This document shows positions 40,640 through 51,562 of a stretch of DNA of 64,000 nt, piece by piece. The first letter of the stretch is position 1. Every line of letters begins with the position of its first letter. The notes below the pieces were generated by a model that ran no database searches, was not told the origin of the DNA, and saw only the letters and a list, made by a program, of their open reading frames with translations. The position numbers were made by a program, and so were the translations under genes. Source of the DNA: an uncultured Bacilli bacterium (GTDB lineage: Bacteria > Bacillota_I > Bacilli_A > RF39 > UBA660); the NCBI GenBank assembly GCA_947632405.1, contig CANRPE010000001.1:42095-106094 (forward strand), given 5' to 3'.

Positions 40640-41989
40640 ATGGCTATTAAGTCATTACCAAATAATATTGAAGCAGAAAAATCTGTATTAGGTGCATGCT
40701 TTCTTTCTAAATATGCTTTACAAAAAGCATGTGAGGAATTAACGGAAACATCTTTTTATAGTGAGCAAAATGCCAAAATTTTCTCATCATTATCATCTTT
40801 ATTAGAGTCAAAAACTCCAATTGATATTACAACTGTAACTACAGATTTAAAAAATAAAAAAATATTAAGTGAAGTAGGTGGAGTAGAATATTTAACAGAA
40901 ATATTAAATTTTGTTCCAACAGCAACTAATATTGATTATTATATAAAAAGTGTAGAAGATACTGCTGTTTTAAGAAAATTAATTGAAACAGCTACAGAAA
41001 TTGCAAGTGAAGGATATGAAACAGAACAAGATATTAATGATACTTTAGATACAGCAGAGAAGAAAATTTTAAATATTGTTAGAACAAGAAAATCATCAGA
41101 GTTTAAATCAATTAAAGAAGTTTTAATAAAAACAGAAGCAGATTTAGAAAAACTTGCTGAATCAAAAGGCGAAATAACAGGTCTTGCTACAGGCTGGTAT
41201 GATTTTGATAAACTAACAGCAGGTCTTCATGAAAATGAGCTTATAATCATTGCGGCACGTCCTGCCATGGGTAAAACAGCCTTTGCACTTAATATGGCAA
41301 CACATATTGCAATGACTAGTAATAAATCAGTAGCCTTATTTAATTTAGAGATGGGAGCAGAACAACTAGCGTTACGTATATTATCATCTTTAGGTCAAAT
41401 TGATGGATATAAAATGCGTACAGGTAATTTGTTGAATGAAGATTGGAAAAGATTAAATGAAGCAACATCTCAACTTGCTGATACTAATTTATTTATTGAT
41501 GATACTCCAGGAATAACAATTGGTGAAATTCGTGCTAAATGTCGTAGACTTGCTAGTAGTGAAAAAGGCTTAGGAATTATTATCATAGATTATTTACAAT
41601 TAATTTCTGGTGGCAAAAATTATGGAGCTAATCGTCAACAAGAAGTTTCTGATATTTCACGTAGTTTAAAGACTTTAGCAATGGAATTACATGTTCCTGT
41701 TATAGCTTTAGCTCAACTTTCACGTGGAGTAGAATCTCGTGAAGAAAAAAGACCAATTATGAGTGACTTACGTGAATCTGGATCTATTGAACAAGATGCC
41801 GACATTGTTGCTTTCTTATATAGAGATGATTATTATAATAAAGAAGCTCGTAAAGAAGATAATAGTAGTATTAGTGAATTAATAATTGCAAAACATCGTA
41901 ATGGTCCAACAGCAACTATTGAGCTTTTATTTAAAAAGAATACTTCTACTTTTTTAAGTTTAAAAAAGGATGAAAAGGGAGTTGAATAA
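40640..41989 (+). CDS. dnaB: replicative DNA helicase (DnaB family)
   Basis: Walker A ARPAMGKTAFALN, followed by RecA-like helicase motifs. Confidence 0.95.
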   Translation: MAIKSLPNNIEAEKSVLGACFLSKYALQKACEELTETSFYSEQNAKIFSSLSSLLESKTPIDITTVTTDLKNKKILSEVGGVEYLTEILNFVPTATNIDYYIKSVEDTAVLRKLIETATEIASEGYETEQDINDTLDTAEKKILNIVRTRKSSEFKSIKEVLIKTEADLEKLAESKGEITGLATGWYDFDKLTAGLHENELIIIAARPAMGKTAFALNMATHIAMTSNKSVALFNLEMGAEQLALRILSSLGQIDGYKMRTGNLLNEDWKRLNEATSQLADTNLFIDDTPGITIGEIRAKCRRLASSEKGLGIIIIDYLQLISGGKNYGANRQQEVSDISRSLKTLAMELHVPVIALAQLSRGVESREEKRPIMSDLRESGSIEQDADIVAFLYRDDYYNKEARKEDNSSISELIIAKHRNGPTATIELLFKKNTSTFLSLKKDEKGVE

Positions 41990-43487
41990 AATGGAGAAAA
42001 AAGTTTTATTTTATATTTTTATTTCAGCTATTTTAAGTTTTGGTATTATTTCTTATACAAATCCAAATTCTTTTCAAGAACCAAAAGAAGTTTATCGTAT
42101 TTATCTTGAAGGAAAATCACTTGGACTTATTAATTCCAAAAAAGAATTAGAGGATTACATTAATGAAAAACAAAAAAGTATTAAGAAAAAATATAATGTA
42201 AAAAAAGTATATGTTCCAGAAGACTTAGATATTATAAAGGAAATAACTTATCATGATAAGGTATCATCTATTAAACAAATATATGATAAAATAAGAGATA
42301 TTTCACCATTTACAATAGATGGATATACAACTACTATAAAAGGATTAACTAAAAAAAATAGTGATGGAAAAGAAGTTACAGCAAAAGATGTTATAATATA
42401 TACTTTAAAAAAAGATACAGTAACTGATGCAATTACATCAACAGTAAAATCGTTTATTACTCAAGAAAAATATGATGACTATAAAAATGAAACACAGAAA
42501 GAAATTAAAGAAACAGGTTCAATTATTGAAAATCTTTATATAGATAATAATATTAAAATTAAAGAAAATAAAATTCCTGTAAATGAAACAATTTATGAGA
42601 AAAGCGAAGACCTAACTAAATATTTATTATTTGGAACAACAGCAGAACAACAAAAATATACTGTAAAAGAAGGAGATACTATTGAGGATGTTGCATTTAA
42701 TAATAAAATTTCAACAGAAGAATTTTTAATTGCTAATACAGAATTTAAAGATAAAAATAGTTTATTATTTCCTGGACAAATAGTTACATTAGGAGTAATG
42801 CATCCTCAGTTTGATTTAGTAGAAGAAGATCATACTGTAGTAGATGTGGAAGTAAATTATGAAACAGAAACAAAATATGATAATTCTAAAAATGTAGGTT
42901 ATAGTGTTGTAGAGCAAGCAGGAGAAAAAGGAAAAAATAGGGTTACTCAAAAAATTCAAAAGATTAATGGTGAAACAACAAATATTGTAACAGTAAATAC
43001 TGAACAATTAAAAGCGCCAGTAAAAGAAATTGTAGTTAAAGGTGGAAGACAAGATTACTATGGATATGGTGGATCTGGATATGGATCTTCTGTTGCAACT
43101 TCAGGTGAATGGGGTTGGCCTGCTACTTGTACTTCTATTTCTTCACCGTTTGGTTATCGTTGGGGAGTTTTACATGATGGAACAGATATTGCTGGATGTG
43201 GATATGGTTCAAATATTTTCGCTGCTCAAGCAGGAACAGTTGTCCAAGTATCATATAAATATGATAATGGACGCTATATCATTATTAATCATAACAATGG
43301 CTTCTATAGTTTATATGCTCATTTAGCAGGTCAATCTGTTAGAGTAGGGCAAACAGTTTCTAAGGGACAAGTAATAGGAACAATGGGAAGAACTGGTTTT
43401 GCAACAGGTGTACATTTACATTTTGCTATTTGGAGAGGCTATCCGTATTATGGAGGAACAGTCTATAATGCGATGAGTTTTTATTAA
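41970..43487 (+). CDS. membrane-anchored LysM/G5/M23 peptidase
   Basis: An N-terminal TM, a LysM segment (YTVKEGDTIEDVAF...LFPGQIVTL), a G5-like segment, and a C-terminal M23 domain (HDGTDIAG, GVHLHFAIW). Confidence 0.7.
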   Translation: MKRELNKMEKKVLFYIFISAILSFGIISYTNPNSFQEPKEVYRIYLEGKSLGLINSKKELEDYINEKQKSIKKKYNVKKVYVPEDLDIIKEITYHDKVSSIKQIYDKIRDISPFTIDGYTTTIKGLTKKNSDGKEVTAKDVIIYTLKKDTVTDAITSTVKSFITQEKYDDYKNETQKEIKETGSIIENLYIDNNIKIKENKIPVNETIYEKSEDLTKYLLFGTTAEQQKYTVKEGDTIEDVAFNNKISTEEFLIANTEFKDKNSLLFPGQIVTLGVMHPQFDLVEEDHTVVDVEVNYETETKYDNSKNVGYSVVEQAGEKGKNRVTQKIQKINGETTNIVTVNTEQLKAPVKEIVVKGGRQDYYGYGGSGYGSSVATSGEWGWPATCTSISSPFGYRWGVLHDGTDIAGCGYGSNIFAAQAGTVVQVSYKYDNGRYIIINHNNGFYSLYAHLAGQSVRVGQTVSKGQVIGTMGRTGFATGVHLHFAIWRGYPYYGGTVYNAMSFY

Positions 43488-43488
43488 A

Positions 43489-44244
43489 ATGAAAGTACAA
43501 GTTTTAGCGAGTGGTTCAAAAGGTAATGTTGCTATTGTCTTATGTGATCAAACCAAATTAATAATTGACATGGGTATTTCTTATTTAACAGTAAAAAGAA
43601 TGTTAGAAGAAAAACATTTAACTTTTGAAGATTTTCAAGGAGTTTTAATTACTCATAGTCATAATGATCATATAAAAGGTCTTGCCACTTTATTAAGTCA
43701 CACTAAATTGCCAGTTATTATCCCTCAAGAAATGTATATTGATTTAGCCGACATTGTTCCAAAAAACAGATGCCAATTTATAGATGATAATTTTTCTATT
43801 GCAGATGTTGATATAGAACTTATTCATACATCTCATGATACTAATTATTCAGTTGGCTATATCATAAAGTATCAACAAAAAGAATTAGTATATGTAACTG
43901 ATACAGGTTATATTAATAGAAAATTTCTAAATAAAATGGTGAATAAAGATATTTATATTATTGAAAGTAATCACGATGAAGTAATGTTGATGGAAGGTCC
44001 TTATCCTCGTTTTTTAAAAGAAAGAGTTATTAGTGATAAAGGACATTTATCTAATAAAACAACTGCAAGATATTTAAAATCATTAGTCGGAACTAAGACA
44101 AAATATATTATTTTAGCGCATATAAGTGAAAAGAATAATACTGAAGCCTTAGCATATCAAGAAACAAAAGGTGCCCTTCAAAATGATAAGATTGATATAT
44201 TAATAGCTAAACAAAATGAAGAAACAAAATTAATTGAGGTATAA
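43489..44244 (+). CDS. metallo-beta-lactamase fold hydrolase YycJ/WalJ-like
   Basis: The HSHNDH motif (THSHNDHIKG) in a 251-aa protein. No walRK genes are adjacent. Confidence 0.7.
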   Translation: MKVQVLASGSKGNVAIVLCDQTKLIIDMGISYLTVKRMLEEKHLTFEDFQGVLITHSHNDHIKGLATLLSHTKLPVIIPQEMYIDLADIVPKNRCQFIDDNFSIADVDIELIHTSHDTNYSVGYIIKYQQKELVYVTDTGYINRKFLNKMVNKDIYIIESNHDEVMLMEGPYPRFLKERVISDKGHLSNKTTARYLKSLVGTKTKYIILAHISEKNNTEALAYQETKGALQNDKIDILIAKQNEETKLIEV

Positions 44245-44246
44245 AG

Positions 44247-44699
44247 ATGAAAATAATCTGTGTAGGAAAAGTCAAAGAAAAATATTTAATAGATGCTATC
44301 AAAGAATATGAAAAAAGAATTTCAAAATATACAAAGATAGAAATTATTGAAGTTAAAGATTATTCTATGACTGATATTAAAAAAGTATTAGATTTAGAGA
44401 AAAATGAAATTTTAAAACATATTTCAAATAAAGATTATATAATTACTTTAGAAATTGAAGGTGTAGAGTTATCATCTTTAGAATTTTCTGAGAAAATGAA
44501 TACTATTATAAATCAAAGTAATGATCTTGTTTTTATAATAGGAGGAAGTTATGGTCTTTCTCCTTTAATAAAAGCAAAAGCAAAATATCATTTATCTTTT
44601 TCAAAAATGACTTTTCCACATCAATTATTTAGAGTTTTATTATTAGAACAAATTTATCGTTGTTATAAAATAATTAATAATGAAAGTTATCACAAGTAG
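44247..44699 (+). CDS. rlmH: 23S rRNA (pseudouridine1915-N3)-methyltransferase RlmH
   Basis: 150 aa with a SPOUT fold. It begins MKIICVGKVKEKYL and contains IIGGSYGL. Confidence 0.85.
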   Translation: MKIICVGKVKEKYLIDAIKEYEKRISKYTKIEIIEVKDYSMTDIKKVLDLEKNEILKHISNKDYIITLEIEGVELSSLEFSEKMNTIINQSNDLVFIIGGSYGLSPLIKAKAKYHLSFSKMTFPHQLFRVLLLEQIYRCYKIINNESYHK

Positions 44700-44711
44700 G
44701 AGAATATTATT

Positions 44712-45371
44712 ATGATAGGAAATGATTGGGATACATATTTAAAAGAAGAATATGAAAAAGAATATTTTAAAAAATTAATAGAATTTATTAATAAAGAATA
44801 CCAAGATAAAAAAATTCATCCAAAAAAAAGCGAAATATTTAATGCATTTCGTTATACAAGTTATAAAGATACAAAAGTTGTTATTTTAGGTCAAGATCCA
44901 TATCATGGTGAAAATCAGGCTGAAGGTTTATCTTTTTCTGTAAAAAATTGTGTACGTAAACCACCGTCTTTACAAAATATTTTTAAAGAGATGGAAACAG
45001 ATTTAAATATTCCCTTTCCTACTACAAATTCTTTAATTCCTTGGGCTCAAGAAGGTGTTCTTCTTCTAAATACAGTTTTAACAGTAGTAGAAAATAAACC
45101 AGCATCTCATAAAGACGTAGGTTGGGAACAATTTACTGATGCAGTTATTGAAATATTAAATAAAAAAGAAACACCTATTGTTTTTATTCTATGGGGTAAT
45201 TTTGCTAAAAGTAAGAAGAAATTAATTACAAATCAACACCATTATATTATTGAATCTGCACATCCATCACCATTTTCAGCACATAACGGTTTTTTTGGTA
45301 GTAAACCTTTTTCAAAAACAAATGCTTTTTTAAAATCAAAAGGATTAAAAGAAATTGATTGGAGAGTTTAA
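44712..45371 (+). CDS. ung: uracil-DNA glycosylase
   Basis: GQDPYHG and HPSPFSA motifs. Confidence 0.9.
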   Translation: MIGNDWDTYLKEEYEKEYFKKLIEFINKEYQDKKIHPKKSEIFNAFRYTSYKDTKVVILGQDPYHGENQAEGLSFSVKNCVRKPPSLQNIFKEMETDLNIPFPTTNSLIPWAQEGVLLLNTVLTVVENKPASHKDVGWEQFTDAVIEILNKKETPIVFILWGNFAKSKKKLITNQHHYIIESAHPSPFSAHNGFFGSKPFSKTNAFLKSKGLKEIDWRV

Positions 45372-45396
45372 AGGTTAAAGCATATAATTATTTACG

Positions 45397-45428
45397 AATT
45401 GTAACTTAAAGTAGTTACAATTTTTTAT
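45397..45428 (+). terminator. terminator after ung
   Basis: Stem ATTGTAACT/AGTTACAAT followed by TTTTT. Confidence 0.6.
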
Positions 45429-45439
45429 ATTAAAAAATA

Positions 45440-45475
45440 AAAACCTCATTTCTTTTAGTTAAGAAATGAGGCTAT
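45440..45475 (-). terminator. terminator after lemA (minus strand)
   Basis: Stem CCTCATTTC/GAAATGAGG. On the minus strand it is followed by a T-rich tract. Confidence 0.55.
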
Positions 45476-45483
45476 ATAAAGTT

Positions 45484-46044
45484 TTATTTTTTCTTTTTTG
45501 TATTACTTTCTTTTAATATTTCAAATATCTCTCTTTTCTCATGAGGATAAAATTCTTTCTTTTTATAACCAAAAATGAAACGAATAATATTAGAAGGAAA
45601 AGCAAATATTAAACGATTATAATCAACAACTGTATCATTATAAAATTTAATTATACCTATTAATTGAATTTCATTATCATTATATTCATTTAAAATAGCT
45701 ACTAAAGAATCACTTTTATATAATTTATCATAATCATCTAGTTTTTTAAATAATTGTTTAGAAAAGTCATTTAAAATATTATTAAATTCAAAATGATTAA
45801 GTTTTTCAATCTCTATATCATCAACTTCTTCTAAAAAATCTTTCAATTTTAATTCTTCCCTAATAATAGGAATACATCGTTTAATTAACTCAAATTTTTT
45901 TGTTAAATAAATTTCAATATTAGCTTCAGCCTCTCCTATTTTAACAATACATAATTGAAATTTATTATATATAATAACAATTATTAATAAAATAAAAGCA
46001 ATAATTGTAATACTTCCTAAAATAATATAAAACATAATTATCAA
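45484..46044 (-). CDS. lemA: LemA-family membrane protein
   Basis: An N-terminal TM and the C-terminal motif FAFPSNIIRFIFGY. Confidence 0.6.
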   Translation of the reverse strand: MIIMFYIILGSITIIAFILLIIVIIYNKFQLCIVKIGEAEANIEIYLTKKFELIKRCIPIIREELKLKDFLEEVDDIEIEKLNHFEFNNILNDFSKQLFKKLDDYDKLYKSDSLVAILNEYNDNEIQLIGIIKFYNDTVVDYNRLIFAFPSNIIRFIFGYKKKEFYPHEKREIFEILKESNTKKKK

Positions 46045-46204
46045 CTCCTATTATTAATTTATTATAACAAAATAATATAAAACTCTCAAGATAGGAGTGT
46101 TGATATTTTAATAGTTAGTATTTTAACTTTACAATTATATATAAAAATTAAAAAAAATGTATTGTTTTTATGGATTTATTTGTATAATAAAATAAGGTGA
46201 TTAT

Positions 46205-46780
46205 ATGAAAGTAATATTAGGAGTTTCAAATAGGCATCTTCATTTAACAAAAGAAGATTATTATCAATTATTTCAAAAAGAATCTTTAGAGAAAGTCCAT
46301 GATTTAGTTCAACCTCATCAATATTTATCTAACCAATTTGTTAGTATTCAAACACCTAAAAATAAAATAGATCATGTTAAAATTGTAGGACCATTTCGTA
46401 GTTATACTCAAGTTGAAATTTCTAAAACAGATGCTTATTTTTTAGGAATTAATCCACCTATTGTTGATTCTGGAGTATTAGATGAAGCTTCTGAAATAGA
46501 AGTTATAGGGCCATGTGGAATTATTAAGAGAAAATGTGTAATTATTCCAAATAGACATATCCATATGACTCCATTACAACAAGAAAAATTAGGTCTTAAA
46601 AATGTAGAAAAAGTTTCTGTTTTATTTTCAGGAGAAAAAGAAACTTTATTTAGTAATGTCAAATTAAAAGTAAGTCAAGAAGCCAATATTGAGCTTCATT
46701 TAGATACAGATGATGCCAATGCCGCTTTATTAAAAACAGGAGATTACGGTACAATTGTTACGAAGCAACAGAATTATTAA
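46205..46780 (+). CDS. pduL: PduL-type phosphate acyltransferase
   Basis: Duplicated PduL half-domains: VSNRHLHLTKED and IIPNRHIHMTP. Confidence 0.65.
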   Translation: MKVILGVSNRHLHLTKEDYYQLFQKESLEKVHDLVQPHQYLSNQFVSIQTPKNKIDHVKIVGPFRSYTQVEISKTDAYFLGINPPIVDSGVLDEASEIEVIGPCGIIKRKCVIIPNRHIHMTPLQQEKLGLKNVEKVSVLFSGEKETLFSNVKLKVSQEANIELHLDTDDANAALLKTGDYGTIVTKQQNY

Positions 46781-48731
46781 ACTTTTCATCAAATACAGGA
46801 TCAGCATTGGTAGGCTCTGTACCTTTTATAAAATACATAATCTTTTTTTGTGGATCTGAATCAACAGCAGGTTTACCCGAAATAGGATTTACAAGTACTT
46901 CAGAAATATTATCTGGTTTTTTATACCAATTATTTTCCTTATCTTTTAAATAATTTTCTATTGAATTTAGCCAAATATTTTGGGAATATTTATATTCACT
47001 ACTTTTTAATTCTGTATTATCATCATAACCAACCCAAACAGCAGTTAAAATATCAGGATTAAATCCTATATTCCAGTTATCTGTAGAAGTAGTTCCACTT
47101 TTTAAAGCATAAGTATGAGTCATTTTGGAAGCTATTCCAATTGCTGTAGGATAATTATAGTCTATATAGGCTTTATCATAAGTAGCCGTGAGCATATTAT
47201 TTAAAATAAAACATAAACTTTCATTTAAAACGGCAGATTTTACTTCTTTATATTCATACAAAATATTTCCATCTTTATCTTCAATTCTTTTAATAAAGTG
47301 AGGTTTTATCTTATAGCCAAGATTAGCAAAAGCAGAATAACCTGCAGCCATTTCGATAATATTAATTTCGTTAGTTCCTAATGGAAGGGATGGAACTTTT
47401 TGCAATGGAACTGTTATGCCAACTCTTTTAGCGACATTAATTAAGGCATCTTGACCTAAAAAAATATGAGTTTTTACAGCATAGATATTTTCAGAATAAG
47501 CAATTGCTGTTGCCATAGAAATTGGTTTGTTACCATATATATCATTATTATTTTTAGGAGAATAAGTTTGATTATTAGCTAAATTAAAAGTTGTTGCTTG
47601 ACTGGTAAAAGACGTTGAAGAAGTAAAACCATTTTCTAATGCTGCATAATAAAGATATGGTTTCATTGTAGAACCAACTTGTCTTTTAGAATTAGTAGCT
47701 CTATTATAAGATGATTCGTTGTAATTTTTACCCCCAGCTAAAGCAATAATTTCTCCATTTGTTGGTTTCATCAAAACCGCAGCTGTCTGAATCTTAGATT
47801 CAGTAGGAATAGCTTCTTTAATGTTTTTTTCTAGATTATTTTGAGCATCTAAATCAAGTGTAGTATATATTTTTATTCCTTTTGTTTCACTTAATGATTT
47901 AGGAATATCACTAATTGTTTCTAATTCTTTCAAGACTGCATCATGAAAATACATAATAGTTTTTTCTTGACTTTCTTGCTTTTCACCAATAATATTTAAT
48001 TTTTCATTATAAGCTTCATTTTTTTCTTCTTCAGTAATTATTTTGTTTTTAACTAAGGAGTCTAAAACCATTAATTGTCTTTTCTTTGCTGTTTTGAAAT
48101 CAACAATTGGTGAATAATTAGCAGGAGATTTTGGAATTCCTGTAATAATAGCAGCTTCCGCTAAAGTTAAATCTTTAGCACTTTTATTAAAGTAAAACTT
48201 ACTAGCATTTTCTATACCATACATACCATGACCATAATTAATAGTATTTAAATAACCTTCTAAAATTTCATCTTTAGAATAAGAATTTTCAATTCTTATG
48301 GTATACCACATTTCATCCCATTTTCTTTTCCATGTTTTCGAAAAATCCAAAAATAAATTTTTAGCGTACTGTTGAGTAATAGTAGAAGCTCCTTGTTTAG
48401 TAGAACCACTAGTAATATTAATCATACTGGCTTTTAATATTCTTAAATAATCAAATCCATGGTGTGAATAAAAATTTTTATCTTCAGTATAAATAGTAGA
48501 ATCAATTACATAATTAGAAATTTGATCTAAACTAGTCCATTTTTTAGATTCATTACCTTCAAAGAATAAATTTTTCTTATTGTCATAGACTAATATATTA
48601 TTTGCACTTCCAATCTCAAGTTTTGGACTAGAACGCAAATAAAGAAAAATCGCACCCTTAAAAACTAAGAAAACTATAAAAATTACAACTATTAATTTTG
48701 TAAAAGATTTAATAAATTTCATGCGATTCAT
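46758..48731 (-). CDS. class A penicillin-binding protein (glycosyltransferase + transpeptidase)
   Basis: An N-terminal TM; GT51 motifs EDKNFYSHHGFD and GASTITQQ; and transpeptidase motifs STMKP, SEN-like and KSGTT. Confidence 0.85.
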   Translation of the reverse strand: MNRMKFIKSFTKLIVVIFIVFLVFKGAIFLYLRSSPKLEIGSANNILVYDNKKNLFFEGNESKKWTSLDQISNYVIDSTIYTEDKNFYSHHGFDYLRILKASMINITSGSTKQGASTITQQYAKNLFLDFSKTWKRKWDEMWYTIRIENSYSKDEILEGYLNTINYGHGMYGIENASKFYFNKSAKDLTLAEAAIITGIPKSPANYSPIVDFKTAKKRQLMVLDSLVKNKIITEEEKNEAYNEKLNIIGEKQESQEKTIMYFHDAVLKELETISDIPKSLSETKGIKIYTTLDLDAQNNLEKNIKEAIPTESKIQTAAVLMKPTNGEIIALAGGKNYNESSYNRATNSKRQVGSTMKPYLYYAALENGFTSSTSFTSQATTFNLANNQTYSPKNNNDIYGNKPISMATAIAYSENIYAVKTHIFLGQDALINVAKRVGITVPLQKVPSLPLGTNEINIIEMAAGYSAFANLGYKIKPHFIKRIEDKDGNILYEYKEVKSAVLNESLCFILNNMLTATYDKAYIDYNYPTAIGIASKMTHTYALKSGTTSTDNWNIGFNPDILTAVWVGYDDNTELKSSEYKYSQNIWLNSIENYLKDKENNWYKKPDNISEVLVNPISGKPAVDSDPQKKIMYFIKGTEPTNADPVFDEKFNNSVAS

Positions 48732-48828
48732 CTCCTAAAGTTAGTATGAGGTCAAAAAAATAAAATATGTATGAAAATTTTATGTTTTATGATATAATTT
48801 GAAATGAAAATTTCAAGGAGTTAAAAAA

Positions 48829-49170
48829 ATGAAAAAGAAAGCAAAAATATCTTTAAAAACAGCAGAAGAAGTTATACAATATGATATATTAATTGAACTA
48901 AAAAATAATAAAATTAATTATCAAGAACCAGATTCTTTAAAGACAAACGTATTATTAGATTTAAATACAAAAGTTCTTTTAAGAGATAATAAAGATATTT
49001 ATTTAGAATATCGCTTTTTGAATAATGATGGAGATATTTATGTCAAAGACTTAAATAAAAATATTCATCTAAATTTAACTGATGTTAAATTAGAAGAAAG
49101 AAATACTTATATAAAAATACAATATAAAATAGATAATAAAGAATATATGTATGATATAGATATGGAGTGA
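48829..49170 (+). CDS. DUF1934/YwiB-like protein upstream of argS
   Basis: 113 aa that overlaps the argS start, matching the conserved ywiB-argS pairing. Confidence 0.45.
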   Translation: MKKKAKISLKTAEEVIQYDILIELKNNKINYQEPDSLKTNVLLDLNTKVLLRDNKDIYLEYRFLNNDGDIYVKDLNKNIHLNLTDVKLEERNTYIKIQYKIDNKEYMYDIDME

Positions 49171-50924
49171 ATAGTATGAGTATCATAAAAACAGTAGAAA
49201 ATGATATTAAAAAAATAATAAAAGATAGTGGATATGAAATAGAATCTTTTGTTTTGCAACCATCTAATCGAAAAGATTTAGGTGATTATCAAATTAATGA
49301 CTGTATGTCTTTAGCTAAAATTTATCATGAAAGTCCAATTAGCATAGCTGAAAAAATAAAGAAAGAATTAGAAAAAGATTTAAGATTTAAAGATATAAAT
49401 ATTGCTGGTCCAGGCTTTATTAATCTTAGTTTTTCTGATGATTTTTTAATTCAAGCTCTTAATCAGATGCATGATGATCTTAAAAGTAATATAGATCAAC
49501 AAGAGTCAAAAACAATTGTATTGGATTATGGTGGCGCTAATGTTTCAAAGGCACTACATGTTGGTCATTTAAGAAGTGCAAATTTGGGAGAGGCTTTAAA
49601 ACGTTTAGCTAGACTTTTAGGTCATAAAGTAATAAGTGATGCCCATTTAGGTGATTTTGGAAGACCACTTGGTCTTGTAATATTAGAAATAAAGAAAAGA
49701 TATCCTAATTTAGCTTATTTTGATGAATCATATCAAGGTAATTATGAAGAAATAGAATTGCCTATTACAAATAAAGATTTAGAAGAAATATACCCTTATG
49801 CATCAACAAAAGCAAAAACAGATGAAGCTTACTTAGAAGAAGCAAGAATCATTACTACTAAATTTCAGCAACATGAACGTGGCTACTATGATATTTTAAA
49901 AAAGATAGTTGAAATTTCTAGAAAAGAAATAAAAAAAGTATATGACTTTTTAAATATAGAATATGACTTATGGGAAGGAGAAAGTGATGCCTCTAATTAT
50001 GTTAATGAACTATTTCAAATTCTAAAAGATCAAGAATTATTAGTAGAGAGTGAAGGTGCTAAAATTGTTGAAGTAAAAGAAGAAAATGAAAATTCACCTA
50101 TGCCACCATTATTGTTAGTTACTTCTAGTGGGGCTATCTCATATCAAACAACAGATTTAGCTACTATTTTAGAAAGAAAACATAAAATTAATCCAGATGA
50201 AATTTGGTATTGTGCTGATTTAAGACAACAACTTCATTTTGAACAAGTATTTCGTGCAACAAGAAAGGCTAAATTAGTAGATGACTCAGTAAAATTAGAA
50301 TACATTGGCTTTGGAACAATGAATGGAAGTGATGGCAAACCATTTAAAACTAGAGATGGGGGAGTAATGTCATTAAAAAGTTTATTAGAATTGGTAAAAA
50401 CAGAAACTAAAAAAAGAATAAATTATGATATTGTTCAAGCTCAAAAAGTAGAAGAAACAGCTAATATTATTACAGTTGCCACTATAAAGTATGCAGATTT
50501 CTTATCATTTCGTGGTACTGATTATATTTTTAGTCCAGAGAAATTTTCGGATGTTGAAGGAAAAACAGGACCATATATTTTATATTCTACAATTAGAATG
50601 AAATCCTTATTACTAAAAGGACAATCAGAAATTCAAGAAAAATCTTCTCGTATTAATAATAATATTGATCGAGATATTATCATTACTTTATTAAATTTAC
50701 CTAATGTTCTTACAAAATCATATGAGATAAAATCATTAAATGATATTGCAGATTACTTATATACATTAACTAGTAAATATAATAAATTTTATGCTGAAAA
50801 TAAAATATTACAAGAAGAAAATGAAGAATTAAAACAATCTTGGTTAGTATTAACTAAAACAGTTTATAACTTAAATTTATTATTATTAGATATTTTAGGA
50901 TTAAAAGTTCCAGAAAAAATGTAA
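49167..50924 (+). CDS. argS: arginine--tRNA ligase
   Basis: A class I HIGH motif (ALHVGHLRS) and the ArgRS architecture; 585 aa. Confidence 0.9.
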   Translation: MNSMSIIKTVENDIKKIIKDSGYEIESFVLQPSNRKDLGDYQINDCMSLAKIYHESPISIAEKIKKELEKDLRFKDINIAGPGFINLSFSDDFLIQALNQMHDDLKSNIDQQESKTIVLDYGGANVSKALHVGHLRSANLGEALKRLARLLGHKVISDAHLGDFGRPLGLVILEIKKRYPNLAYFDESYQGNYEEIELPITNKDLEEIYPYASTKAKTDEAYLEEARIITTKFQQHERGYYDILKKIVEISRKEIKKVYDFLNIEYDLWEGESDASNYVNELFQILKDQELLVESEGAKIVEVKEENENSPMPPLLLVTSSGAISYQTTDLATILERKHKINPDEIWYCADLRQQLHFEQVFRATRKAKLVDDSVKLEYIGFGTMNGSDGKPFKTRDGGVMSLKSLLELVKTETKKRINYDIVQAQKVEETANIITVATIKYADFLSFRGTDYIFSPEKFSDVEGKTGPYILYSTIRMKSLLLKGQSEIQEKSSRINNNIDRDIIITLLNLPNVLTKSYEIKSLNDIADYLYTLTSKYNKFYAENKILQEENEELKQSWLVLTKTVYNLNLLLLDILGLKVPEKM

Positions 50925-51030
50925 AATATATTGTAATTCAGTATAATATATGTTATAAGTTTATATGAAATTTAATTACTATCAAAAAGTAGTGTCTGAG
51001 CATATAATGCTTTAATTGAGGAGGATTTAT

Positions 51031-51480
51031 ATGAATATAAAAAAAATGCCAAAAGAAGAATTAGAATTACTATCTAATAAAGATATTACATATTATTTAT
51101 TAGAAGATAGTAAGAAATCTATGAATACTGCAGAGTTATTTAAAAATATTATTAAACTATTAGGCTTACCAACTTCTAGTTTTGATTCTAAAATTGGTGA
51201 TTATTATACTTCTTTAGCAACAGATAAAAGATTTATTTTATTAGAAGATGGAACATGGGATTTAAAAAGTCGTCATACTTCAGATAAAATTGCTAAAATA
51301 ATTGATAATGACGAAGATGAAGATGAAGATAATGAAGAAGAAACAAAAGAAACTCCAGAAGAAGAAATAGAAGAAGATAACTATGATGATAATGACGATG
51401 ATGATATCTACGAAGATAATGATGATGATTTAAAAGACTTAGTAGTAATTGATGAAGAAGAACTAGAATTAGAGCAATAA
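51031..51480 (+). CDS. rpoE: DNA-directed RNA polymerase delta subunit
   Basis: A GAGGAGG Shine-Dalgarno precedes the ATG at 51031. It has an N-terminal HARE-HTH-like domain and a C-terminal D/E-rich polyanionic tail. Confidence 0.75.
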   Translation: MNIKKMPKEELELLSNKDITYYLLEDSKKSMNTAELFKNIIKLLGLPTSSFDSKIGDYYTSLATDKRFILLEDGTWDLKSRHTSDKIAKIIDNDEDEDEDNEEETKETPEEEIEEDNYDDNDDDDIYEDNDDDLKDLVVIDEEELELEQ

Positions 51481-51562
51481 TTCTAGTTCTTTTAAAATAG
51501 TAACAGTTGCGATAAGATATAGCATTATGATATAATAAATAACGAAAAAGAAAGGATCTGAT

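Noticed and set aside
48732-49170. A T-box leader upstream of argS.
   Set aside because: argS overlaps the preceding DUF1934-like ORF, and the 97-nt region upstream of that ORF lacks a recognisable T-box (AATTAGGGTGGNACCGCG-like) sequence.
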